A DNA stretch of 48,943 nt from Myxococcales bacterium. Lineage in GTDB: Bacteria > Myxococcota_A > Polyangia > Polyangiales > Houyiibacteriaceae. A program made the translations under genes and the position numbers. The stretch is taken from NCBI GenBank assembly GCA_050118395.1, contig JASFKY010000001.1, positions 1 through 48,943 of the forward strand, written 5' to 3'. The notes under the pieces are model-generated. The model made no database searches. It was not told the DNA's origin and saw only the letters and a list, made by a program, of their open reading frames with translations. The number at the start of each line of letters is the position of its first letter. Within the stretch, counting starts at the first letter, position 1. Shown here one piece after another: positions 32,901-39,732 of this stretch.

Positions 32901-35153
32901 CGCGACGATGCTCTCATCGCCGTGCGCGGCTTGGCACAAAAGCCCGAGGTCGCAGGCAACGCGCTTGCTCTGCTTGAGGAGTACTACCGGGGAGCGGGCG
33001 ACCTCGAGCAAGTCGTGCGACTTTACGATCAGCGAGTCGAGCTGGCGGCGACCGACGCCGATCGGGTCGCTCTGTTGACGGAAGCAGCCACGATCTGGGA
33101 AGAGGAGCTCGGTCGTCTCGACCAAGCACTCGCGGTGACGCGCGAGGCGGTTCGCATCGACCCTCGCGATCGCCTGCTGATCGATTCGCTCGAGCGGCTT
33201 GCAGAGCTGTCCGGAGGATGGGCGGAGCTCGATGGGCTCGTCGACGACATCGCGGCACGCGGAGACTTGGATCGCCGCGAGCTCTACGAGCTGAGGTTGC
33301 GCTCGGCCGCCTGGGCGCGCGACCGCATGGGAGACTCCACCCGAGCCGAGCGCGCGCTCAACGAGGCCCTCCAGATCGATCCCGAGCCCGTCGAGGCCTA
33401 CGAGCAACTGGCGGCGCTTTTGCGTCAACAGGGTCGGGCTGCGGACCTGGTGACCATGCTGCGCGCTTGGGCCGACGTCGAGCCCAGTCCGGATCAGCGT
33501 GTCGCGCTTCTGCGGGAAGCGGCCGAACGCGCCCGCGAGGAGCTGTCTCACGGCGAGCTGGCAGCCGATTGTTATCAGGCGCTCATCGCGATCGAGCACG
33601 ATGACATGGAGGCGCTGTGCGCTCTTTGCGAGATCCGCAGCGGCCAGTCCCGATGGAACGAGGTGGTCGGGTTGCTGGAGCGGCAGCTCGAGGTCGCGGC
33701 AGACGACCAACGCGCCTCGATTGCTCGCTCCATGGGCGAGGTCTACCGAGACCGATTGAACGACCCCAGAGCAGCCATCTCGGCGTACGAAAGAGCACTC
33801 GATTTGGACGAGCACGACGCATCGGCCATGGACGCGCTCGAGGGGCTATACCGGGATCACGATCGGCTCGAGGCGTTGCGAGCTCTGCTCGAACGACGCG
33901 CCGAACGGGCGACGGGGCCGGAGCTCACCGCGTTTCAACTCCGGTTGGCGCAGCTCTACGAGCATTCCTTCCGCGACCAGCACGCGGCCATCACGATGTT
34001 CCAGCGAGTGCTGGAAGTCGATCCGGAAAACGACACCGCCCAAGCAGACCTCGAACGACTCTTCGAGGCCACCGGAGCCTGGGACGATTTGATCGCCTTG
34101 CTCTCGTCGAGGCTGGGCCTCGAGTCCGAAGAGAGCCAGCGACGCTTGCTCGAGCGCATCGGTCACATCCACGACGCCAAGCGTGACGATACGGATGCCG
34201 CGATCGCGGCGTTCCAGCGCATCCACGAAGATCTCGGAGCAGACGAGCGCTCGTTGCAAGCGCTGGCGGCTCTCTACGAACGGAAGCAGAGCTGGACCCA
34301 AGTGGCGGACGTGCTCGAACGACTGGCCGGACACGTCGAGGGTACGGAGGCGATCGATCTTTTTCACCGCGTGGCGGATCTTTGGGAGCAGCACATCGGC
34401 GACGCCGAGCAGACGGGAAGGGCGCTCCGCGCCGCTTATGGTCGATTCCCGCAGGATCGAGCCACGGTCGATCGATTCAAGCGCCATTTGGAGGCGCGCG
34501 GCGACTATCGCGCTCTTGCCGAGGTGCTCGATGCCGAGCTCCAATCTGCCGGATCCGAAGCTGCCGAGCTGGCGTTGCTTCGCCAGATCTCCGATGTGTA
34601 CCGGGATCGACTCGACGATCCAGCTGCAGCCGCAAGCTATCTCGAGCGGGCCGTGGCCCTCGATCCCGAGAACCGCGGCGCCCTGGTGCCGCTTTGCGAC
34701 CTGTACATGGCGGCTGGACGTCAGCAGGACGCCGTTCCGATTTTGCGCAGGATCATCGAAAGCTTCGGGAGGCAGCGCGGGAAGGAGCTAGCGCTGCACC
34801 ATCATCGCTTAGGTCAAGCCCTGGCCGCAGCAGGCGACACCGCGGGCGCCCTCGAGGCGTACGACGCGGCCTTCAAGATCGATCTGACCAACGTGGCGAT
34901 CCTTCGTGACCTGGGCAAGCTCACCCATGCCACGGGCGATTTGGACCGGGCCCAAAAGAGCTTTCGGGCACTCTTGCTGCAAAAGCTCGAGCCCGACTCG
35001 GGTATCCACAAGGCGGACGTGTACTACTACCTAGGCGACATCGCCGCCCAACAGAACGATCCGCGGAAGGCCATCACCATGTTGGAAAGGGCCCTTGCCG
35101 AGGACGCCAGCCACGCGCAGGCTTCCGAGCTCCTCGGTAGACTCAAGGGCTGA
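23970..35153 (+). CDS. Giant (~3,700 aa) all-TPR-like repeat protein
   Basis: Uninterrupted ORF with consistent GC3 bias. It has dozens of units of the type A-[IL]-x2-[YW]-E-x-[VA]-L-x2-[DE]-P-x5-A-L-x2-L-x2-[LI]-Y-x4-[RK]-W-x-[DE]-L. Trp codons at 25452, 25668, 25884 and 26100 are exactly 216 nt apart. The ATG at 23970 (MSELTVANYL) is preferred over 23916 because codons 23916-23969 have poor GC3. Confidence 0.85.
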   Translation: MSELTVANYLGLLLDDPYDFQLIEGLRESLRGPAPANEGQDPLRLLEAARGGHERRGEFLAASWLIELECELVIDDPEFQKVLVKELGRLRRDELMDDRGALCAYEKLGGLESDDPEVLQAVDQIHQLEEKWREVADRFIEEARDAADPRLKTSLLTRAASLMWQYGGNDLCEEADAIFDEALAADPSHMRTARQYALSLRERGRWEDVVSVFMRAAKAARTRDEKASAWLQAARVQRRSLDDAEGAADAYRKVLELTPTDQEALEALVQHYTDLEAWDELASMYESALRSRQKLEDEKGMLLQLAMVHWKFRRDSDAAEPFFARLRKIDAAHPGMLQFYREQIGDDDPSGRLLTIIGDALRTTTDSEHQLQLARELGLRAQKADRPERALEAWKMVERLAPGDLDARTALQQLYQSSGKWNALSESIRGEIEALSSDANEQKIRLLRDLVPIYRDALKLDSMLIQVYGEILALSPYDGEALTALGALYEDAGRWNELIQVLERQAELAAELPDKVRLYLRVAHLWLDRFANLNQAVGPLERVVRLQPDHAEALAQLKDIYTRKRKWEALFGVLGREAELETEPAARLEKKIEMAELCSERLHHNGAAIALWKEILDEHPESERGLDTLESLAEREKDWDTLVEALRMRAEASSSESVRRELLQRIGMLLMERLAKPAEAIEAWEAVLSLDPQNSRVRRMLRDAYVSQGDWVSLQALYERYDDWSGLAEVLSQTAEQVDEPATITTLSLRAAEIYRDRLDDPSRAARCYERALRADPQNVEAATGLLPMYERDRKWSEYVRMLEIVVAHAAPDEDVASSLKRLGSLRSACLHRLRDPEASLGWATRAYLLAPGEPEVVAGLEESAEAAGAHADLVALFRDRLENSALDQAERLDLQRRIAAIAGERLGESEESIRQLEAILRVEPDDAEAMAVLDRLYRAVRRFADLRALYERRLEKATDSAERWVLLNEVAQVEEEQLGDLPAAAERHWQILESNPHDVDALLAVERLSQQLKQWDRLDAALARRLQSKMSDEDRLSVYLQLADLRRIHLGDAAGALECYRSALDLDGRNEVAIAGLEALSAEGGGVGVEAIDLLEPAYAKRGHFDRLAGLLHKRLEQAEGAEERRVLQLRLADLAGSELGDARGAYQAVESAFLDDPTDLDLFERLGGVAEAADMHEAFARALSKAVDGAAAGSDIELTLCRRAAELFDVMLGLPEDAARFHRRVLEREPGDTAAFTALKQLYTKQEEWDDLRALYQQRIEATTDATTKLDLLLQLCFLFEEILDEPKQAIASYEEAVELDPTHTPSRRALQRLYARLGRWSELSELLQRDLDEAEGQEAVDLAYELATIYETRLDRFVDAVDHYERVLESSPTHLRAQEGLQRLMEKRDQRQRVAAILQPIFESQGAWGELAKVLEVQLEDLTEPASRAAHLSRLGELSEIKLRDDGLAFAAYARAVREDVADGSARADLARLASKLDRHPERAELLESGLDAVGDDFVRTEVLLELAELWDVSAPDPERAERAYQQLIRFERDNPDIVLKASRALERLHRAGGRHGDLAQDLRRQIRFEEDESRRDELFPMLAELLETELGDPEAAIEVHEQRLELDPTQTEALSALERLYEQQGRWEPLVGVLERKVELSTDEHDQLVLCRRIAETYEQKLGSIDRAVDSYRDVISRFGSDDSSLRALSRLYRQTERWHELLDVAEIRAEAAADPEERIAHRFEAAELMRTRTAETERAFSAYGEILVDSPGHGPTLQALEEMTTGADRPLRFAAANTLFEQYQSDGRHADQIRMLEVIAAGDEPIERVRALLRAAEISETGREDIDAAFVFTGRALRDGVDLDDLERVLAEYGRQADTTGRFSEQVATLATIAPELLDAELRTKVRMQAARVAMEHLGDADFARAQYQRVLEEQPDHRTALDALLTLVEEVGATRELAELLRRKIELSDDPEERAELLVRQAHLFQSELDDPDSAIEALDQALSENEHPLAYEGLERLYRRTRQWDALATLYEREIDQRVGDPAAVRYELGEICLQRLDEPWRAIDQFREALSQSPEHEPTVRALESLVERSEYRGAAAELLEPLYLRRMEWDKVTRILEARLEGETNPAQRLELLRHLGDVQESHLEDLDGALETYGRLFSEDPHDEHSKETLTRLARSLGRWDRLAAIFDKTLRAVEVDDGDTAALALTTAKLYDERLEELDRAGYFYQRALTYDPSHKEAGRALASVYARSARWDALLELDRERESFSDSDAERVAILHEIARIEVDELGLSEDAIITFRRIVEVDPKDKEAIRRLDELLEAAERWEDLAAHVEFQIDNAPDGRTGLELRQRLGSLTESKLQNPASALDIFEDILADRPDYEPALQAVSRWVSDADHGPRAVDILEPIHRQADDWKALAEVLRSKAEQGTDSFERAEIWREIAQIREGRGRDAESAFDAWGRAWVAEPADETTRAEVYRLAASLRCWEAYIETCERAVSATEEPALRGSILRSVAETRDQELGDPRGAIDTHRRVFEADPDAEESLDQLEGLQVMVGDWQGLAWVYERKLDRAHDAEARAQLLNRLGALYEEQLSDPERAVSYFEQATGESPDDPDAYVALDRLFASVNDSERLAGVLERRMQIEIDPEVVVELGLRLAELYEAQLGRPDAACDALRAVVEADPEHRGALEGLSRLYERQAQWPELVDVLRQRADAAIHESERVLLTHQLGNVLERELDDELSAIAVYGQVLRIDPTHEPSVRALLRITKLDDYREDAAAVVEPHLRAQARWNDLATLLRLRADAMTDPHQKAEQLVALADVHEQGRQDPNAALDALLQSIGERADDDEILDRAEQLARSLQRWSDLIDVLFTEASANLDADRGAALYRRVARICEEDLRDLSRAIEAHERARLLLGDEPSTLEALDRLLQATGQWERLHDVISRRLDLQDADRPTLLLRQGRLRASHLGDFEGALGAYQRAMEQDPGRDDALIAVRGLAQKPEVAGNALALLEEYYRGAGDLEQVVRLYDQRVELAATDADRVALLTEAATIWEEELGRLDQALAVTREAVRIDPRDRLLIDSLERLAELSGGWAELDGLVDDIAARGDLDRRELYELRLRSAAWARDRMGDSTRAERALNEALQIDPEPVEAYEQLAALLRQQGRAADLVTMLRAWADVEPSPDQRVALLREAAERAREELSHGELAADCYQALIAIEHDDMEALCALCEIRSGQSRWNEVVGLLERQLEVAADDQRASIARSMGEVYRDRLNDPRAAISAYERALDLDEHDASAMDALEGLYRDHDRLEALRALLERRAERATGPELTAFQLRLAQLYEHSFRDQHAAITMFQRVLEVDPENDTAQADLERLFEATGAWDDLIALLSSRLGLESEESQRRLLERIGHIHDAKRDDTDAAIAAFQRIHEDLGADERSLQALAALYERKQSWTQVADVLERLAGHVEGTEAIDLFHRVADLWEQHIGDAEQTGRALRAAYGRFPQDRATVDRFKRHLEARGDYRALAEVLDAELQSAGSEAAELALLRQISDVYRDRLDDPAAAASYLERAVALDPENRGALVPLCDLYMAAGRQQDAVPILRRIIESFGRQRGKELALHHHRLGQALAAAGDTAGALEAYDAAFKIDLTNVAILRDLGKLTHATGDLDRAQKSFRALLLQKLEPDSGIHKADVYYYLGDIAAQQNDPRKAITMLERALAEDASHAQASELLGRLKG

Positions 35154-35156
35154 CGC

Positions 35157-36035
35157 ATGCTGACAGGAAAGGTTTCGATCGACGGCCGCCTCGTCGAAAG
35201 CCGCGAAGCGCGCGTGTCGGTGTTCGATCGGGGCTTCTTGTACGGGGACAGCGTGTTCGAGGTGTTTCGGACCTACGAGGACGTGCCTTTCGCAGAGAGG
35301 GAGCATCTGGAGCGTCTGGCTCGCTCCGCCGAGCTGCTGATGATTTCTCTGCCGGTTTCGCTCGAAGCGCTTTCGAACGAAATACGAGAAACCTTGCGAG
35401 CCGCCGGTCCGGGCGATTGGTACGTGCGCGTGGTGATCACCCGCGGGAGTGGGCCACTCACTTACGACCCATCCACCGCCACGACGCCGCTTCGCGTCGT
35501 CATCGTGGCGCCGCTGTCGCTTCCGCCGTCGCACTACTACGAGCGAGGCATCGCCGTGTCGCTGATGCATGCATCGAGACCGACCGACGATGCCCGCGCC
35601 TCCGGTGCCAAGGCGTCGAACTACCTGGCCAATCTTCTAGCGGTTCACGAGGCCAAGCAAAAAGGGGCGCAAGAGGCCCTGATGCTCGGGCGTCGCGGCC
35701 AAATCCTGGAGGGCGCCTCGAGTAATCTCTTCATCGTGAAAGACGGAAAGGTTCGAACGCCCGAGCCCGAGCCGGGGATCCTCGTGGGAATCACCCGGGC
35801 GACGATTCTGGCGGCCGCATCCGAGGAGGGCATCGAGGTCGAGGAAACCGAGGTCCGGCCCGACGATCTCTACGGCGCGGACGAGGCGTTCATCACGAGC
35901 AGCATCCGGGAGGTGATGCCGGTCGTGTCGGCGGATGGGCGCACCATCGGTGACGGCGCACCCGGACCCGTGACCGGACGTCTTCGCGCGGCCTATCGGA
36001 GGGCCGTCGATGCCGCGATCCGGACCGGGGTTTGA
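35157..36035 (+). CDS. Class IV (fold type IV) PLP aminotransferase: branched-chain/D-amino-acid aminotransferase or aminodeoxychorismate lyase family
   Basis: VSVFDRGFLYGDSVFEVFRTY, the ASNYLANLLA motif region, GITR and EAFITSSIREVMPV. The ATG lies 3 nt after the giant ORF's stop. Confidence 0.85.
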   Translation: MLTGKVSIDGRLVESREARVSVFDRGFLYGDSVFEVFRTYEDVPFAEREHLERLARSAELLMISLPVSLEALSNEIRETLRAAGPGDWYVRVVITRGSGPLTYDPSTATTPLRVVIVAPLSLPPSHYYERGIAVSLMHASRPTDDARASGAKASNYLANLLAVHEAKQKGAQEALMLGRRGQILEGASSNLFIVKDGKVRTPEPEPGILVGITRATILAAASEEGIEVEETEVRPDDLYGADEAFITSSIREVMPVVSADGRTIGDGAPGPVTGRLRAAYRRAVDAAIRTGV

Positions 36036-36079
36036 CGGGCCGCCCCCGAAGCACTACATGCAACCGCCAGGACGTTTTC

Positions 36080-36226
36080 ATGTCGGATACCAGCAAGACC
36101 GAATCGCGGCGGCGCAGAAAAAAGGCCGCCCAGGGCAAAGACCGGAAGAAGACCCTCGAAAAGCAGGGGACGACTCCGAAGTTTCCCATTCATCCGGACG
36201 ACGAGGCGAGCCGCGCCGAGGCCTGA
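36080..36226 (+). CDS. Small (48 aa) highly basic hypothetical protein
   Basis: ATG at 36080 with GC3-biased codons. Sequence MSDTSKTESRRRRKKAAQGKDRKKTLEKQG.... No family recognised. Confidence 0.3.
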   Translation: MSDTSKTESRRRRKKAAQGKDRKKTLEKQGTTPKFPIHPDDEASRAEA

Positions 36227-36253
36227 GGGCTCGCGGGCGGTTGCGGCCCGAGC

Positions 36254-37333
36254 TCAGTGAAGGGTGTGTGATTCGCCGTCGTGTTCCACGATCGGCACGC
36301 CGCCTTCCGAAAGCCGCTCGGTGCGACCCAACGTGGGTGCCGGAGGGGGCTCGGTGGCAGCCTGCAGGGCTTCGAGCTGCTCGCGGTGAGCCATCTGTGC
36401 GAGCTTGAGGTGATGGTAGCGGCGGCGGCGTCGGTAGGCCACGACGACCAAAATTGCAGCCGCCACCCAGATCGTCGTTCCCGTCAGCAAGGCGGGCACG
36501 ATCCGGTAACGGGTCCGCAGGCTTTCCCGCCACTCCCGCTCGAGACCCACTCGAGTCCAGCCGTAGGCATCGGCCAGGGCCGCGTCGAACGTCTCTCCGT
36601 TTCGCAGTAGATGGATCATCCGTTGAAATCGTCGCTCGTCGCTATCGCTGCGGCGAAGGAAGCCCACGACGTCGGCGCTCTGTGCGTAGGCGAGATTGAC
36701 CTCGTAGGGACGGGTCGGAAAATGCTGGTCGAGCTCTGAAAGCCGGAGCATCGATCGCTGGGCGGCGGCGCGCAGTAGCGACTCCATTCGCGGAAGCAAG
36801 CGCACCTCCGATTGCTGGATGGCGACGCCTTCGCCGAACCAGCGAGGGACTTGGTGGCCGAGCACCGCGCGATGAAACGCCACATGGGACAGCTCGTGGA
36901 CGAGGACGACCTCGAGGTCCGGAGGTTCCCATGTCCGTGGAGCAGACATGCTCAGAACGATCACGCCCCAGGGGGGATACGCAACGCCGGTCGCGTAGTC
37001 GGGCGGTGGTGAGCCGATCGGCGCCAAGGCGCGCATCTCCTGGGGGTTGCGAGCGATGCGTATCACGAGCTGATCGTCGATGGGGACGCCGAACTCCGCC
37101 ACGACACGGCTCCAATGATCGTCGAAACCATCGATGAGCTTCGAGGCGCGATCCTGGAGCGATTCGGGAAACGTCCAGACCACCGACCCGATCCGTTCGG
37201 TGCGATAACCTTCCGGGGCGGCAGGCAACGCGAGCTCGGTTGCTTCCTGAGCGGCGGCGACCGCGGGAAGTGCGAGCCCCGCCCACACCGAGAAGGCTAC
37301 CGAGAGAAAAGCTTGATGGGACCTACTCTTCAC
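36254..37333 (-). CDS. Peptidase MA-like zinc metalloprotease with signal peptide and C-terminal TM anchor
   Basis: HELSH (VLVHELSHVAFH) followed by FGEGVA. The signal peptide is AFLSVAFSVWAGLALPAVAAA. The C-terminal TM is ALLTGTTIWVAAAILVVVAY, followed by RRRRRY. Confidence 0.68.
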   Translation of the reverse strand: MKSRSHQAFLSVAFSVWAGLALPAVAAAQEATELALPAAPEGYRTERIGSVVWTFPESLQDRASKLIDGFDDHWSRVVAEFGVPIDDQLVIRIARNPQEMRALAPIGSPPPDYATGVAYPPWGVIVLSMSAPRTWEPPDLEVVLVHELSHVAFHRAVLGHQVPRWFGEGVAIQQSEVRLLPRMESLLRAAAQRSMLRLSELDQHFPTRPYEVNLAYAQSADVVGFLRRSDSDERRFQRMIHLLRNGETFDAALADAYGWTRVGLEREWRESLRTRYRIVPALLTGTTIWVAAAILVVVAYRRRRRYHHLKLAQMAHREQLEALQAATEPPPAPTLGRTERLSEGGVPIVEHDGESHTLH

Positions 37334-38126
37334 CGGGCCTAAATCTTAGCAGTGGCGGCTTCACCTCGTTAGCACTACGTCGGTCAATGATGAGGTAGGT
37401 TACACCTCCAGCCAGGAGCGCTCCAGCGACGACGTAAGGCCAGGCTTTTTTCCACCTCCGTTTGGCTCGCGACGGCTCCCCCTCGTCTCGTTTGGCCTCG
37501 GGCTGCTTCGCCTCGGGCGCCTTGGATGCGGGGGTTGCGGGTGGCGGTTCCGACCATCGAAGCTGGGCTTGGTCGGCTCGGCTGCGAATGAAACCGATGC
37601 GCTGCTCGCTCGTGCTGTCATCGAATGTGACCATCCCCTTGTAGAACTGCGCGGCGCTCACGTCGAACACCTCGATCACGACGCTGCCTTCGCGCCGGAC
37701 GACCACCAGTGCATCGGCCCCCGCGATCAACCCAATGCGCTTGTACGATGCGAGGTCCTTGCGAGGATCGAGCCCGAGGCCTCGACGAATCGAGCGCAAC
37801 CCTTCGAGACCATCTTCTCCACTCGGCGACTCGCCTCGCATGGCCGCGCTCAACGCAGGATCGGTGGGCGTGCGCATTCCCGAACCCTTGCACTCGGCTT
37901 CGAGGAACGACGCAATCTCGCGCAAGGTCTCGTCGGGATCCCCAGCCACGACGACGGCGACCTTCGGAGGGAGGGGAGGGGGCGCATCGGAGTCAGAGTG
38001 AGAGTCAGCGACAGTGCCAGCGCTAGCGTCAGCGTCAGAGTCAGTGCCAGCGTCGGCGCCGGAGCCCTGCGCCCGCGCGGGATTTGCCGCCATCAGGACT
38101 CCCGCTATCGCCAACCACCACGGCAC
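37323..38126 (-). CDS. Secreted, C-terminally TM-anchored hypothetical protein with acidic Ser/Asp/Thr low-complexity N-terminus
   Basis: GTG start. The signal peptide is PWWLAIAGVLMAANPARA, the low-complexity region is GADAGTDSDADASAGTVADSHSDSD, and the C-terminal TM is WPYVVAGALLAGGVTYLII. It overlaps the peptidase gene by 11 nt. Confidence 0.55.
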   Translation of the reverse strand: MPWWLAIAGVLMAANPARAQGSGADAGTDSDADASAGTVADSHSDSDAPPPLPPKVAVVVAGDPDETLREIASFLEAECKGSGMRTPTDPALSAAMRGESPSGEDGLEGLRSIRRGLGLDPRKDLASYKRIGLIAGADALVVVRREGSVVIEVFDVSAAQFYKGMVTFDDSTSEQRIGFIRSRADQAQLRWSEPPPATPASKAPEAKQPEAKRDEGEPSRAKRRWKKAWPYVVAGALLAGGVTYLIIDRRSANEVKPPLLRFRPGEE

Positions 38127-38179
38127 CCCGAACGATAGGCAACGGGGCGCATTCGCGCTAGCGTGCGACCGGCTCGACG

Positions 38180-39064
38180 ATGGGTGAAAAGCCTACTTTC
38201 ATGCACGGCGTGTGCCTGTGCCTCGGGTACGACGGGACGGATTTCCATGGCTGGCAGGCCCAGCCCGGGCTCCGCACCGTCCAGGGCATCCTCGAAGAGG
38301 CCATCGATGAGATGGGAATCGAGCACGGACCGGTCCGCGGTTGCAGCCGGACGGATGCGGGAGTGCATGCGCTCGGGCAGCTTGCGAGCTTTGCCGCCGA
38401 AATCGAGGTGCCGCCCGAGGGCTGGATGAGCGGGCTCAATACGCGGCTCCCCGAGGATGTCGTGATCCACGACGCCCGGGCGTGCTTTCGCCGCTACAAC
38501 CCTCGCTTTCATGCCGCGTACAAACGGTATCGTTACCTCATTCGCTGCGGGCCGCGGCGAGACCCCATGATCCGTCGGCAGGCTTGGCAGCTCGGCCCGC
38601 GTGGAATGCGCAAGGACGTGAGGAAGCGGGGCGAGCGCGTCGAAGACTATCTCGACGTCGATGCCATGCGCGCAGCCAGTGCCCATTTCGTCGGCGAGCA
38701 CGACTTTCGCGCGTTTCGTCAGTCGGGCGATCAGCGCGAGGTCTTGGTCCGCGAGATGTTCCAAGTCCAAGTGACTCCGCATTCGAACGGGCGGCCCGAT
38801 CTTTTGGCCATCGAGGTCGTCGGCAACTCCTTCATGAAGAACATGGTGCGGATCATGGTGGGGACGCTCGTCGACGTGGGGCGCGGGCGGCTGTCAGCGG
38901 ACGACGTGCCCGGCATGCTGAGCGACACGGCGGAACGATCTGCAGCAGGTCAGACGGCGCCCGCACAAGGACTCACCCTGGTCGAGATCGTCTTGTCACG
39001 TTTCGATGGCCCGGGAGACGCCTTCGACCGTCCCACGCCGGCCGAGCCTCCCTGCAGGGGCTAG
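38180..39064 (+). CDS. truA: tRNA pseudouridine(38-40) synthase TruA
   Basis: LCLGYDGTDFHGWQAQPG and the catalytic GCSRTDAGVHA. An alternative start ATG at 38201 (MHGVCLCLGYDG) would give a more typical N-terminus. Confidence 0.9.
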   Translation: MGEKPTFMHGVCLCLGYDGTDFHGWQAQPGLRTVQGILEEAIDEMGIEHGPVRGCSRTDAGVHALGQLASFAAEIEVPPEGWMSGLNTRLPEDVVIHDARACFRRYNPRFHAAYKRYRYLIRCGPRRDPMIRRQAWQLGPRGMRKDVRKRGERVEDYLDVDAMRAASAHFVGEHDFRAFRQSGDQREVLVREMFQVQVTPHSNGRPDLLAIEVVGNSFMKNMVRIMVGTLVDVGRGRLSADDVPGMLSDTAERSAAGQTAPAQGLTLVEIVLSRFDGPGDAFDRPTPAEPPCRG

Positions 39065-39732
39065 AACGTGAGTCCGAGCCCACCCGTGAAGTAGAGCTTG
39101 TCGCCCAAGGCTGCCCCGCTCTTGTCGTTGACGCCCGCCAACTCGAAAAAGAAAAACGAGCTGTTGATGCCCCAGTCCTCGTCGAGCGCATTGGCACGCC
39201 GCGGATTGATGAAGTTGAGCTCCAGGGCGAACCGCGCCGCCCACCCGAGGCCACCGCTTCGTCCGCCTTGCTTTCCGGCGCCCGTGTTCTCGTTGTAGAA
39301 TAAGTTGGTGTAGCCGATCTTCCCGCTGAACACGAAGGGCACCGGCGTTTCTCGTGCGAGGGCGTCGATTCGAAGCACGACCATGGTGTTGAGGGGAAAG
39401 ATGCTGAACTTCAACGTTTGCGTGGAGGGAGGGGCGGTGCCTTTGTACCCGGCCCAGCCGCCCGCAATGTCGATGCCGATGGGGCCGACGAAGGGAATGC
39501 GGTACAGGAAGAAATCGAACGTGACGAGGAGCAGCGGGCCGTTTTCGCCCGAGTAAAACTGATCGAAGGCCTCGTTTCCAGAGGGATGATAGGCGCCCAC
39601 GCCCAACGACAAGAGATAGCCTTCCGGGCTCCAACCCTCTTTTTCGGCCTGGCCAACCGGTTGTGCGTGCGCGGTTGCGACGCACAAGCTCATGGCCGCC
39701 ATGACCACGAGGACCGAAGCCGCAGGTTTCAC
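39061..39732 (-). CDS. Outer-membrane beta-barrel protein, probably the family I recall as 'MXAN_2562 family'
   Basis: GTG start overlaps the upstream stop (GTGA). The signal peptide is KPAASVLVVMAAMSLCVATAHA. It shows an alternating aromatic/Gly beta-strand pattern and ends in ...YFTGGLGLTF, a terminal Phe typical of OMPs. Confidence 0.62.
   Translation of the reverse strand: MKPAASVLVVMAAMSLCVATAHAQPVGQAEKEGWSPEGYLLSLGVGAYHPSGNEAFDQFYSGENGPLLLVTFDFFLYRIPFVGPIGIDIAGGWAGYKGTAPPSTQTLKFSIFPLNTMVVLRIDALARETPVPFVFSGKIGYTNLFYNENTGAGKQGGRSGGLGWAARFALELNFINPRRANALDEDWGINSSFFFFELAGVNDKSGAALGDKLYFTGGLGLTF

Noticed and set aside
23970-35153. Giant ORF as an NRPS/PKS megasynthase, a giant adhesin or an RHS/toxin
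   Set aside because: I saw no condensation, adenylation, KS or AT motifs, no carrier-protein Ser motifs, no signal peptide, no beta-rich Ig/cadherin repeats and no YD/RHS repeats. Only alpha-helical TPR-like units are present.
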